Below are positions 1 to 9,030 of a stretch of DNA of 64,000 nt, piece by piece. This DNA is from Planctomycetota bacterium. GTDB lineage: Bacteria; Planctomycetota; Planctomycetia; JALXBF01. A model generated the notes under the pieces. It was given only the letters and a program-made list of their open reading frames with translations, was not told the origin of the DNA and did not search any database. The stretch is taken from assembly GCA_026991575.1 (NCBI GenBank), contig JALXBF010000036.1, positions 1-64,000 on the forward strand. Direction: 5' to 3'. A program made the position numbers and the translations under genes. Every line of letters starts with the position of its first letter. The first letter of the stretch is position 1.

Positions 1-1
1 G

Positions 2-1060
2 CGGAAGCCTGGTGAGCGCTTCGACGCTGGCGGTTGCGACGCCCTCCCAGCGGATCTTCGGCTCATAGTGTTCCGGGAACAGTGCCCCGTCGAGGCTGTA
101 GTGGAGTGCGTAGTAGGTGTTCATCCGGTTGAGCAGATGCGGCACGTAACCGGCCAGACCAAAGCTGCGTCGACCGTAGGCTGCGGGCTGACGGCGGAGC
201 GTGTCCCGGTAGGCGTCGGCACCGCGGGCAAGTTGCCATAAGAGGACGTTGATGGGCAGCAGCGTATGACGGCACTCGCGCCACTCGCCGCCGACCAAGT
301 CGCAGCGGTCGGTCTCGATCAGCGCGCGCAGGTGTTCGACGAGGTCCGGGTGGCGTTCGCGAAGCTCGTGGAGCTCTTCGCCCGTGGCAAGCAAGTTGAA
401 GGCCAGGTTGCGATCCAGCAGCGGCTCCAGGCGCTGGGGTTCAGGGGTGCCGAGCACGAAGCACAAACTGTACAGCTCCACGGGGTAGATGCTGTCGCGC
501 GCCCGGTCGATGTGGCGAAAGGCTTCCTGGAGCAGTTCGATGTGTTCCTGGTAGCCTGCAGCCTGGGCAGCCCGTTGGACAGCGTGCGCGTAGTTTCCAG
601 ACGCAAGCCCGTCGTCTCGGCCAAGGTGGCTGGAGACGATCCTCCACCATAACGTGGCCAGGCCAAGGGCAAAGAAGTCACGGGCGGTAGCGTCGTCGCT
701 GAGAGGCATGCCCAGCTCGCGGGCAAGCACGCGGAGCTGGTCTGAAAGCGAGCTAGCCCCGACCACGAGCGTAGCGCCGCTGCTGATCGCATGGCTTTCC
801 CACTCCGGGTCGGCGCTCCCCTGCAGCGGAGCAGGCACCAGCACGAGCGCTTCGGCCAGGTCGTCGACCACGTCATACGGGTTGACGAGCTGCGGGAGCC
901 GATCCGCCGCGCACAGCACGGCCGGATGCCACAAGGCAAGGTAGGCAGTTAGCCCCGCGGTTACCTCCTCCGCCTCGTAATCGGACGGGTCGGCATCCAC
1001 GTGAGCCAGGGGCCAGACCGCAAGCAACTTCTGGAACCGGGTCCGATCGGCCGTGGCCAT
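2..1060 (-). CDS. Partial (runs off left edge) conserved hypothetical protein, possibly with a GH38/GH57-like N-terminal barrel region
   Basis: Absent from the ORF track because it has no stop in the window. My manual translation from ATG at 1060 (GAGGAG SD just upstream) is open to the edge: MATADRTRFQKLLAVWPL...LALWHPAVL...DLVGGEWRECRHTLLPINVLLWQLARG...YGRRSFGL...KIRWEG. The 'LVGG.W.E...G...Y' and 'IRWEG' segments recall alpha-mannosidase-like barrels (inference). Confidence 0.75.
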   Translation of the reverse strand, partial: MATADRTRFQKLLAVWPLAHVDADPSDYEAEEVTAGLTAYLALWHPAVLCAADRLPQLVNPYDVVDDLAEALVLVPAPLQGSADPEWESHAISSGATLVVGASSLSDQLRVLARELGMPLSDDATARDFFALGLATLWWRIVSSHLGRDDGLASGNYAHAVQRAAQAAGYQEHIELLQEAFRHIDRARDSIYPVELYSLCFVLGTPEPQRLEPLLDRNLAFNLLATGEELHELRERHPDLVEHLRALIETDRCDLVGGEWRECRHTLLPINVLLWQLARGADAYRDTLRRQPAAYGRRSFGLAGYVPHLLNRMNTYYALHYSLDGALFPEHYEPKIRWEGVATASVEALTRLP

Positions 1061-1212
1061 GGGAACTCCTCGTGGGTGTACGTGAACTTATCGTACGCGG
1101 CGGCGGGTGGTCGGCAGCGGCTGCGGTGGGCACGCTGGCGGGAACGCCGCCGGGCACGACCGGCTCTAAGATATGTGCAGACGGCTTGTGCTGGTCGTAC
1201 CGGCCGGGGAGC

Positions 1213-1242
1213 TAGTCAGTGCACGGACGCGGATGTTAAACT
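1213..1242 (+). promoter_or_regulatory. Putative sigma70 promoter of the pilM operon
   Basis: TAGTCA (1213-1218), an 18-nt spacer, then extended -10 TGtTAAACT (1234-1242) in the divergent intergenic region. Confidence 0.4.
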
Positions 1243-1373
1243 TAGACGTGGTGCGCAGGGTTAGAGGTGCGCTCTGGGCCTTTCCGGCTGAGGCGGTCCG
1301 GAAACCGCTTCCGCACAGCCGCCTGCCCTAGACACATCGCGACTCCGACCGTCGCATTCGGAGGACCGGCCTG

Positions 1374-3830
1374 ATGGCAAGAGAGCAAGCCGTATGGGGC
1401 ATTGAAATCGGTCAGTCCGCTCTGAAGGCGTTGAGGCTGGAGAAGAAAGAGGACGGCTCGGTCGAAGCGACGGCGTTCGAGTACGTCGAGCACCCGAAGA
1501 TCCTCAGCCAGCCGGATGCCGATGCTGCAGAGCTAGCTCGAGCAGCACTACGTACGTTCCTGAGCCGCAACGACGTGTCCAACGATCGGGTGGTCATCGG
1601 CATCCCCGGTCAGAACGGCCTGATCCGCTTCGTGAAGCTGCCGCCGGTCGAGCCCAGCAAGATCCCCGACCTGATCCAGTTCGAAGCCCGTCAGCAGATT
1701 CCCTTCCCGCTGGAAGAAGTGATCTGGGACTACCAGCCGATCAGCGGTCCGGGCGGAAACGGCCAGGGGTTCGCGGGCCAGCAGCAGGAAGTTGGCCTGT
1801 TTGCTATGAAGCGGGACATTCTCTACGGCCACATCGCGCCGTACCTGGAAGCGGACATTGAGTTTGACGTGGTGCAGCTGCGCCCGCTGGCGGTCTACAA
1901 CTTCGCCGCCTACGACCTGCTGGGCTACCCGGAACAATCCGGTCCGAGCGAGGACGGCTACATTGTCGTCATGGAGATGGGAGCGGACAACACCGACCTG
2001 GTGATCACCGACGGCCTGCGGGTCTGGCAGCGCACGCTGACCATCGGTGGCAACCACTTCACCCGGGCGCTCACCAAGGAACTGAAGCTGACGTTCGCCA
2101 AGGCGGAGCACCTCAAGCGAAACGCGACCAAGGCGCAGGATCCGCGCGTGCTCTTCCAGACGATGCGTCCGGTGTTCAACGATTTCGTCAACGAGGTGCA
2201 ACGATCGCTGGGGTTCTTCGCCAGTGTGCATCGGCGGGCCAAGATCGCGCGCGTGGTCGGAGTGGGCAATGCGTTCAAACTGCCCGGTCTTCAAAAGCTG
2301 CTTGCCCAGCAGTTGAAGCTACCCGTAGAGCGTCTTGAGTCGTTTCATCGGCTCGGTGGCGCCAGCGTCGTCGAGTCCCCGGTCTTCCGCGATAACCTGC
2401 CCGGTTTTGCGGTCGCGTATGGCCTGGCACTCCAAGGGCTTGGCCTTGCCCCGATCCGCGGGAACTTGATTCCCAAGGAGATCGTACAGCGGCGGTTGAT
2501 CCGGGCCAAGAAACCCTGGGTCCTTACTGCGGCCGCGGCCCTACTTACGGCCTACACGCTGGTCTTCTTCGGCAACTGGTCACGCTATCACGCCGTGGCT
2601 GAAGCGCGGTACGGTGAGGCGGAGCGCGACGCAAAGGCAGCCATTGATCTGGCAAACCAATACAAGCGGGACTTCGAAACGGCAAAGAACAAGTGGCAGC
2701 AGGTCAAGAACCAGGGCGAGGCGCTGACGGCGAACGTGCGGAATCGCTACCTGTGGCTGGAACTGCTCCAGACCCTCACCGCCGAGCTGCCTGACCCGGG
2801 CGTGCAGGATCTGAGGAAGGTTCCCGACCGGAAGGATCTGCTGATCGATTCCATCGACACGCAGTACTTCACGAATCTGGCCGAGTGGTACCAGGGAATC
2901 GACTTCAATGACCCCGAGGTGAAGCTGACCGCCTTTGGACTGGACCGGGACAATCCCCCGAACGGCGAAGGTTGGGTGCTGTTCATCCGGGGCCATCACT
3001 TCAACCGGTTCACCGAGACGCACACCTATCAGGTGCTGTGGAAACTGCAGGAGTCGGCCCGGCTGCGTCAGCTCGGGGTGACACACATCACGCTCACGGC
3101 AAACGAAACCACGCTGTGGAACCCGAGCGAAAACCCGCCCACGCTCCGCCGCGCCAGCTCCTCCGGAACCCTGGCGTCGCGGGGTTCCGGCGGCGCGCTG
3201 GGTAGCATGGGCAGCATGACCAGTGGCAACCTGGGCTACGGCGCCAGCGACCGTGGCATGATGTCGGCTAACCCGGGTGGGTACGGCATGAGCGGTTACG
3301 GCTACGGCGGCGGTGGTGAGGATTACGCCACCGGTGGCCTTGGCGGCGGCATGCCCGGCATGGGAGGCATGATGGGCGGCATGCCACCGAGCGGCACCAG
3401 CGGTGCTCCCGCAACCGGCAGACCCGCGGCCCAGCAACAGCAACTGACCAATGTCGTCCGCTTGCCCCGAACGGACTTTATCATCGAGTTTGCCTGGAAG
3501 CCGACACCCAGCGATTCACGCAAGAACCTGGCGGAGGTGGCCAAGGAGATCCAGGACTACCTGAAAGCTCATCCACGGCCACGGCCGCGGGCCATTCGCC
3601 AAGAGGAAGTCCAGCAGGAACGCCAGCAGCAGCAACAACAATTGCAGCAGCAACAGAACCAACAGCAGCAGCCCCCAACAGGAGTGCAACCTTCTGCGCC
3701 TCAGTCTGCTCCCGGCCAGGGGCCCGCACCGGGCGGTCAACCGGCTCCATCGTCGACCGGGACAGCACCTGCAGCTGGTGGGCAACCCACAGGCCAGCCT
3801 GGTGCCGCTCCGAATCAGCCGCAGCGATAG
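1374..3830 (+). CDS. pilM: Type IV pilus assembly protein PilM (actin-like ATPase) fused to a TM helix and a PilN-like C-terminal region with low-complexity tails
   Basis: N-terminal WGIEIGQSALKAL; IQFEARQQIPFPLEEVIWDY; MEMGADNTDL; IGGNHFT; AVAYGLALQGL followed by a PilN-like 'NLIP' motif and a TM helix. GGAGG SD. Confidence 0.9.
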   Translation: MAREQAVWGIEIGQSALKALRLEKKEDGSVEATAFEYVEHPKILSQPDADAAELARAALRTFLSRNDVSNDRVVIGIPGQNGLIRFVKLPPVEPSKIPDLIQFEARQQIPFPLEEVIWDYQPISGPGGNGQGFAGQQQEVGLFAMKRDILYGHIAPYLEADIEFDVVQLRPLAVYNFAAYDLLGYPEQSGPSEDGYIVVMEMGADNTDLVITDGLRVWQRTLTIGGNHFTRALTKELKLTFAKAEHLKRNATKAQDPRVLFQTMRPVFNDFVNEVQRSLGFFASVHRRAKIARVVGVGNAFKLPGLQKLLAQQLKLPVERLESFHRLGGASVVESPVFRDNLPGFAVAYGLALQGLGLAPIRGNLIPKEIVQRRLIRAKKPWVLTAAAALLTAYTLVFFGNWSRYHAVAEARYGEAERDAKAAIDLANQYKRDFETAKNKWQQVKNQGEALTANVRNRYLWLELLQTLTAELPDPGVQDLRKVPDRKDLLIDSIDTQYFTNLAEWYQGIDFNDPEVKLTAFGLDRDNPPNGEGWVLFIRGHHFNRFTETHTYQVLWKLQESARLRQLGVTHITLTANETTLWNPSENPPTLRRASSSGTLASRGSGGALGSMGSMTSGNLGYGASDRGMMSANPGGYGMSGYGYGGGGEDYATGGLGGGMPGMGGMMGGMPPSGTSGAPATGRPAAQQQQLTNVVRLPRTDFIIEFAWKPTPSDSRKNLAEVAKEIQDYLKAHPRPRPRAIRQEEVQQERQQQQQQLQQQQNQQQQPPTGVQPSAPQSAPGQGPAPGGQPAPSSTGTAPAAGGQPTGQPGAAPNQPQR

Positions 3831-3895
3831 GCGTCCGGGGTTTCGTGGTGCATGCGCTCTTTTGAGCAACGGTCGTCGGAGTAGAGGTCAAGGTA

Positions 3896-5011
3896 ATGGA
3901 TCAGCTGAAGCAAATCTGGCAATACCGGTTCTGGATCGCCGTCGCACTGGCGGTGCTGATCCCGCTGGTGGGCTACGGAAACATCTCCAGCCTTTCGGAA
4001 CAGGTCCAGCAGCGCGAGAGCCAGCTGAACAACCTCGTCACCCAGCTCAACGGCCTCAGCTCGGCGACGAATCCAAACCCGAGTTGGGTCCGTGAGGTGG
4101 ATGGGCTGCGCGAGCAGCTGCGCAAGCAGGTCGACGAAGCGTGGCGGGTACTTTACGAACGGCAGAAGCCGTTCTTTGTGTGGCCGAAAACGGAGCAGTA
4201 CGATTTCGCCGTTGAAATCGGGTCGCTAGACCCGAAGGACACCAACGTGCAGGTTCCCATCGTTGTCTTGAACGCTTATCGGGACACCTATCCGGAGCAG
4301 ATGCGCGAAATCTGGCGTTTGGCTGAACCACGGCAAGACCCGGACACAAAGCAACTGGTGGACTTCCCCTTCGAACTCATCACCAACTCACCGCTGTACT
4401 GGGACTTCGGAGATAGGACGCCGAGTCTACAGGAGATCTGGCTGGCCCAGGAAGATGCCTGGTTCCTGAAGTCGCTAGTGGTGGCCATTGCGGCGACGAA
4501 CCGAGGGGCACAGTCCTGGCGCGACGCTCCGCTGAAGCAAGTGGTCCAGTTCGCTCTTGGGCCTGCGGCAGTTGATGACAGCTTCGCCAAGAGCGGCAAG
4601 TCACTTCAGCCAAGGGACCTACAACTTAGCACCCAGCAGACTACCACCTCAACGACCAGCTCCTCAAGCAACGAACAGGGTGGTTTCTATGTGGAGAAGA
4701 CCGAGCAGTTTGTCAGCGTTCCTGCGTACCTGAAGATCCGCATTGACCAGCGCAAGATCTGGTGGGTGCTGGCATCGCTGTCCAACGCGCCGATGCCACT
4801 GGAGATCAAGCAAATCAAGTTCCAGGCGTTGCGATTGCGTTCGCCTGAAGAAGAGCAGGCTCGGAAATCCGAGGTTGTCATCCGGGGACGGCGTGAGGAT
4901 GCTTTTTACCACATGGTGGAGCTAGACGTCTGGGGTGTGATTTATCGCTACCTGCCACCGCCGGGCAGCGAACAGCCGTCTTCGCCGGCAACGGCTGGTG
5001 GTGCCCAGTGA
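3896..5011 (+). CDS. Membrane-anchored protein of the pilus operon (PilO-like position)
   Basis: N-terminal TM helix followed by a coiled coil, directly after pilM; coding-like codon usage. Confidence 0.7.
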   Translation: MDQLKQIWQYRFWIAVALAVLIPLVGYGNISSLSEQVQQRESQLNNLVTQLNGLSSATNPNPSWVREVDGLREQLRKQVDEAWRVLYERQKPFFVWPKTEQYDFAVEIGSLDPKDTNVQVPIVVLNAYRDTYPEQMREIWRLAEPRQDPDTKQLVDFPFELITNSPLYWDFGDRTPSLQEIWLAQEDAWFLKSLVVAIAATNRGAQSWRDAPLKQVVQFALGPAAVDDSFAKSGKSLQPRDLQLSTQQTTTSTTSSSSNEQGGFYVEKTEQFVSVPAYLKIRIDQRKIWWVLASLSNAPMPLEIKQIKFQALRLRSPEEEQARKSEVVIRGRREDAFYHMVELDVWGVIYRYLPPPGSEQPSSPATAGGAQ

Positions 5012-5088
5012 GGGGGGCAAGCTGACGTGGCAGTGGGCGATTTGGTCAACAGGATCGGGACAGTCGGCGGTACTCCGGAGATCCGCCC

Positions 5089-7392
5089 ATGAAGCTGGAT
5101 TTGAACGCACTGAAGAAGCTGGACTGGCTTGACCTGCTGCTCCGCTATGGCGACAAGGCCCTGGTGGGGATCGCGGCCTTAGTGCTGCTGTGGGCGATGT
5201 GGAAGGCAGTCGCAGCGCTGCGGCAGGTGCCCGACGTCTCGCCCACGGAACTGACGGCGTTGGCAAACAACGTACGCTCGCGACTCAACCAGTCCAACGT
5301 GACGCCCGAACTGTTGGCCGAAGCAGGCGTCAAGAACCCCGATTTTACCGGCCTGGTTCAGGAGCTCAGCCGCGAAGTCAACCCGAACCTGGTCGCCGAT
5401 GCCGATCTCTTCTATCGCTTCCTCGACTTCGGTGGCATTTTGCGCGAGCAGCCTGAGATCTTTGCCCCCGAGGAGCTTTACGTTGCTGCCGGCCGCGGTG
5501 GCCTGCTGCTGTACGAACTGGATGAGCAGGGCAACAAGATTCCTGCCACGGTGAAGAAGAAAACGACTCGACCGAAGAAACGGCGCCGCCGTGCTAGCCG
5601 CCGCCGCGTCAGCACGGACGATGCGTCGATGATGGGCGGTATGGGTGAGATGGGCTATGGCGGCTACGGCGGCGACATGATGGAAGGCATGATGGGCTAC
5701 CCCGGCATGGGAATGGGTGGCTATCCCGGTATGGGAATGGGCGGCTACCCGGGCATGGGCGGCGGCTACCCGGGCATGGGGGGAATGGAAGAAGGCATGG
5801 CCGAGGGAATGGCCGGTCCGGCGCCGAGTCGGCCGGCAAGTCGACCGCGGGCCCGCGGCGGCGCGGACAGCCGACGCATCGCTGGTCTGAAGTCACGCAC
5901 TGAGGAAGAGGAGAAGAAGGAAGATACCGAACAGACCGGTACAACCACCGCTCAGCAGTACGAGATGCACCCCAGAGGGTTCCGCTGGGTCGTCATCACC
6001 GCCGTCTATCCGCACAAGAAACAACTCGAGGAGTACCGCCGTGCCCTCAAAGCTGCCGAGGCACCCGAATACGTCCGCGTCGTCGTCGAACGGCGGATGC
6101 TTCAAAGCGACGGGACCTTCTCAGACTGGCAGCCTGTGGACACGCGGCCGAACGCTTGGATCGCAAAGCGACGTGTCGGCGTGGAAGAGGAACTGCCCGT
6201 GCTGCAGCCATACCTGTTGGACGGGCTTGTTGAGAAGCTGCCCCGCCTGGCATACGGCGCCTGGGAGTACGTCGATCACGTGATGGCCATCGAGGCAGCA
6301 GGGCAAAAGCCCGAAGAGGTTGCTCGTCAGGCTCAGGGCCAGCAGCAAGGGGGGCCGTTTGGACCCGGTGGCATGCCAGGAACTGGTAGCGAAGAGGAAA
6401 TGTACGGCATGGGCGGCAGCGGTTATCCCGGCATGATGGGTGGCAATATGCCCCCCGGCATGGGTGGCATGGGCGGTATGGAGGGCGCCATGGAAGGTGC
6501 CGCTGGTTACCCCGGGATGGGTGGTGCCGGTGGCTACCCTGGCATGGGACCAGGGGGGATGCCCGGTCCGATGATGGGCGGGGGAGCAGCCGCGGGTGCG
6601 ACCGGACAGGGTGGCCAGAACGGCCAGCAGTTCGCGCCTCCGGGCAGCGCCGCCCAGGAACAGAAGCGGTACATCGAAGTCGAGTACGTCCAGGTGCGCT
6701 TCATCGATTACACGGTACAGGCCGGGCGGACATACCAGTACCGCATGAAGGTCGTGGTGAAGAACCCGAATTACAACCGCCCCGACGTAGCCGAAGATGC
6801 GTACCGCAAGCCCGAATTCCTGGAGGGGCCATGGAGCAAACCGTCGCGGCCCGTCTATGTGGGCAAAGACGTAGAATACTACCTGGTGAACGCCAAGTTC
6901 AACGAGCGGACCGGCATGCCCCGTGGCGTGTTTGAGGTCCATCGTTGGGACAACGAGACGGGCGATTGGTATTGCTCAACGTTCGAGGTTGTTCCCGGCG
7001 CGCCAGTCGGCAACCAGCGCAAAATCAAGATCCTCACGTGGGAAGAGGAGGTCAAGGAAGAACTGGTTGACTTCAACACCGGCGCCGTGTTACTGGACGT
7101 CGTTGGTGGCCGGCAACGGTTCCAGGAAAATGGCACAACGTACAGCTATGAAGAGCCGGTTCAGGCGCTTGTCGTCACGCGTGAAGGCGACCTGATCTGG
7201 CGCGCCTTGACCGACGACCTTGAGAACCCGATCCGCAAGGAACGAGCCGAGTACTGCGCGGAGATCCGCGAGATCATTCGCGAACTGGAGCGCGGCAGCA
7301 TCGAAGCGGAAACGCCGTTAGGCACGGGCCTGGGTGGCTTCAACACACCGCAAGGAACCGGATCGCGCATCCCAGGTCGTCGAAACCAGTGA
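5089..7392 (+). CDS. Membrane-anchored hypothetical protein with Gly/Met/Tyr/Pro-rich repeats and an FN3-like segment
   Basis: N-terminal TM helix; GYPGM repeats; FIDYTVQAGRTYQYRMKV resembles FN3 strands; third gene of the pilM operon. Confidence 0.8.
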   Translation: MKLDLNALKKLDWLDLLLRYGDKALVGIAALVLLWAMWKAVAALRQVPDVSPTELTALANNVRSRLNQSNVTPELLAEAGVKNPDFTGLVQELSREVNPNLVADADLFYRFLDFGGILREQPEIFAPEELYVAAGRGGLLLYELDEQGNKIPATVKKKTTRPKKRRRRASRRRVSTDDASMMGGMGEMGYGGYGGDMMEGMMGYPGMGMGGYPGMGMGGYPGMGGGYPGMGGMEEGMAEGMAGPAPSRPASRPRARGGADSRRIAGLKSRTEEEEKKEDTEQTGTTTAQQYEMHPRGFRWVVITAVYPHKKQLEEYRRALKAAEAPEYVRVVVERRMLQSDGTFSDWQPVDTRPNAWIAKRRVGVEEELPVLQPYLLDGLVEKLPRLAYGAWEYVDHVMAIEAAGQKPEEVARQAQGQQQGGPFGPGGMPGTGSEEEMYGMGGSGYPGMMGGNMPPGMGGMGGMEGAMEGAAGYPGMGGAGGYPGMGPGGMPGPMMGGGAAAGATGQGGQNGQQFAPPGSAAQEQKRYIEVEYVQVRFIDYTVQAGRTYQYRMKVVVKNPNYNRPDVAEDAYRKPEFLEGPWSKPSRPVYVGKDVEYYLVNAKFNERTGMPRGVFEVHRWDNETGDWYCSTFEVVPGAPVGNQRKIKILTWEEEVKEELVDFNTGAVLLDVVGGRQRFQENGTTYSYEEPVQALVVTREGDLIWRALTDDLENPIRKERAEYCAEIREIIRELERGSIEAETPLGTGLGGFNTPQGTGSRIPGRRNQ
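5695..5781 (+). repeat. Four tandem coding repeats of GYPGMG(M/G)G (21-24 nt units)
   Basis: ggctaccccggcatgggaatgggt / ggctatcccggtatgggaatgggc / ggctacccgggcatgggcggc / ggctacccgggcatgggg. Confidence 0.9.
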
Positions 7393-7399
7393 GGTCGCA

Positions 7400-8890
7400 T
7401 TAGCCTCGCCGTTGCCGCAGCGCGCGTGCCGCCGAGCGGAACGCTCGGCCCCGCTCGCGATAGTCAGCGAACTGGTCGGTGCTGGCACATCCAGGAGCCA
7501 GCAGGATCACTGCCCCGGGGCGGCTCTGCTGCCAGCACCAGTCCACCGCTTCATCCAGGTTCGCACACTGACGAAACCGGTGGAAGCCACACAGCGCTAG
7601 AGCCTCCTTCAGGGCAGGCGCCGTTCGGCCTAGAAGCGCCGCGCCCGCTGCCCGCTGGGCCACGGCCCGTGCCAGCGGCATGAGGTCAATCCCCTTGTCC
7701 TCGCCGCCGAGAATGACCCACAGCGGCGCACCGCGCCACGCCTCCAACGCACTGACGGCCGCATGAGGCGTGGTCGCCGCACTGTCATCGACAAAGACTC
7801 GGCCACCGATCCGCGCAGCAACCTGCATGCGATGGGGCAGCAGCCGCGGCCGAGCCAACACCGTGCGGACGGCGTCTTCTGTTGCGCCCAGCAGAACCGC
7901 TGCTGCGGTCCCCAGCGCGAGGTCCTGCCGATAGTGCTCGGCCAGTTGCATGCAGCTGGCCGGCCAGGGCACGAAGCGCTCACGCCCTCGCCCCACTGGG
8001 CGGATCAGCAGACCCCGCCTCCCGATCACCACCCCACGCTCTACCGGCTCGTAGCCCACTTCGTACCGCACACCGGCACTGCGCCATCCGCGCAGCCGCC
8101 GCGAAGCAACGTTCAACACGTACCAGTCCGACGGCTTCTGGTAGCGAAGCACAGTCTGCTTGGCGGCCACATACGCCGCTTCGCTGCCATGCCAATGCAA
8201 GTGATCCGGTGCCAGGGACGTCACCACAGCGTGAGGCGGCGAATAGCGGAGCCGGTCCAGCCAGTGAAGCTGAAAACTGGACACCTCCAGGACCACTCGG
8301 TCCCCTGCCCGGATCCGGTCGAGTTGGGATAGCAGGGATCGGCCGATGTTGCCCCCCAACCACGCTCGGGCCCCGGACCGCTTCAGCATGCGGTACAGCG
8401 TGATTGCCGTGGTCGACTTCCCGTTTGTGCCGGTGATAGCCACGACGGTTGCCGGGCAGTGCGCCAGGAAGATGGCCACCTCCGTCGTGACGGGGATTCC
8501 GAGTGCTTCTGCCTCGAGCACCAACGGATGATTCGGCGGCACCGCGGGGCTGACGACCAACAGTTGGCTACCGCGCAGCGCAGCGGAACCGCCATCCGCC
8601 GCGGTGTGAACCGGTATGGCAAACTCGGCCGCCCGCTGGCCGACCTGGCGCCGCAGCTGCTCGGTGCGCTTTGGATCGTCATCCAGGGCGACGACCGACA
8701 GGCCACGCCGGGTCAGAAAGCGACAGACGGCCAGGCCGGAGCCGTGGCGGCCCAGGCCGAGTACAACGACCCTGGCAAACCGGCTCTGGCAGATCTGGCG
8801 CAGTTCACGAAGCGAGCCGATGGATTCAGCCCGCTGCGGTTCACGGTCGCAGCCCCCCGCACTCTGACTGGACACATCCCTGGCTGGCAC
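7400..8890 (-). CDS. murD: UDP-N-acetylmuramoyl-L-alanine--D-glutamate ligase (start uncertain)
   Basis: VLGLGRHG; VVSPAVP; ITGTNGKSTT; GGNIG; LEVSSFQL; DHLHWHG; PHRMQ; DDSAATTP; LLAPGCASTDQFADYRERG. Confidence 0.93.
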   Translation of the reverse strand: MPARDVSSQSAGGCDREPQRAESIGSLRELRQICQSRFARVVVLGLGRHGSGLAVCRFLTRRGLSVVALDDDPKRTEQLRRQVGQRAAEFAIPVHTAADGGSAALRGSQLLVVSPAVPPNHPLVLEAEALGIPVTTEVAIFLAHCPATVVAITGTNGKSTTAITLYRMLKRSGARAWLGGNIGRSLLSQLDRIRAGDRVVLEVSSFQLHWLDRLRYSPPHAVVTSLAPDHLHWHGSEAAYVAAKQTVLRYQKPSDWYVLNVASRRLRGWRSAGVRYEVGYEPVERGVVIGRRGLLIRPVGRGRERFVPWPASCMQLAEHYRQDLALGTAAAVLLGATEDAVRTVLARPRLLPHRMQVAARIGGRVFVDDSAATTPHAAVSALEAWRGAPLWVILGGEDKGIDLMPLARAVAQRAAGAALLGRTAPALKEALALCGFHRFRQCANLDEAVDWCWQQSRPGAVILLAPGCASTDQFADYRERGRAFRSAARALRQRRG

Positions 8891-9030
8891 GGTTCTGCCG
8901 TCCGGTACGCGTTCGTTCTAGTAGGCTTGCCCCGTTTACTTCGCGGCGTCATGGCCGGAGAATGCTAGAGGTGCTGGCCTTCCGCCGTGTTCCTCACCGT
9001 ATTCAGCTCCCCACCAGGCGGCAAGACCAC

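Noticed and set aside
8885..8898. TGGCACGGTTCTGC, a sigma54-like promoter upstream of uvrA (similar near 52621)
   Set aside because: The GG-to-GC spacing is 9 nt rather than the required 10.
8940..9010. LexA-box-like GTTC elements upstream of uvrA
   Set aside because: They match neither the GTTC-N7-GTTC nor the TGTTC-N4-GAACA spacing.
8671..9030. N-terminal extension of UvrA in the ORF track
   Set aside because: It overlaps murD on the opposite strand and has no UvrA-like sequence; ATG 9031 fits better.
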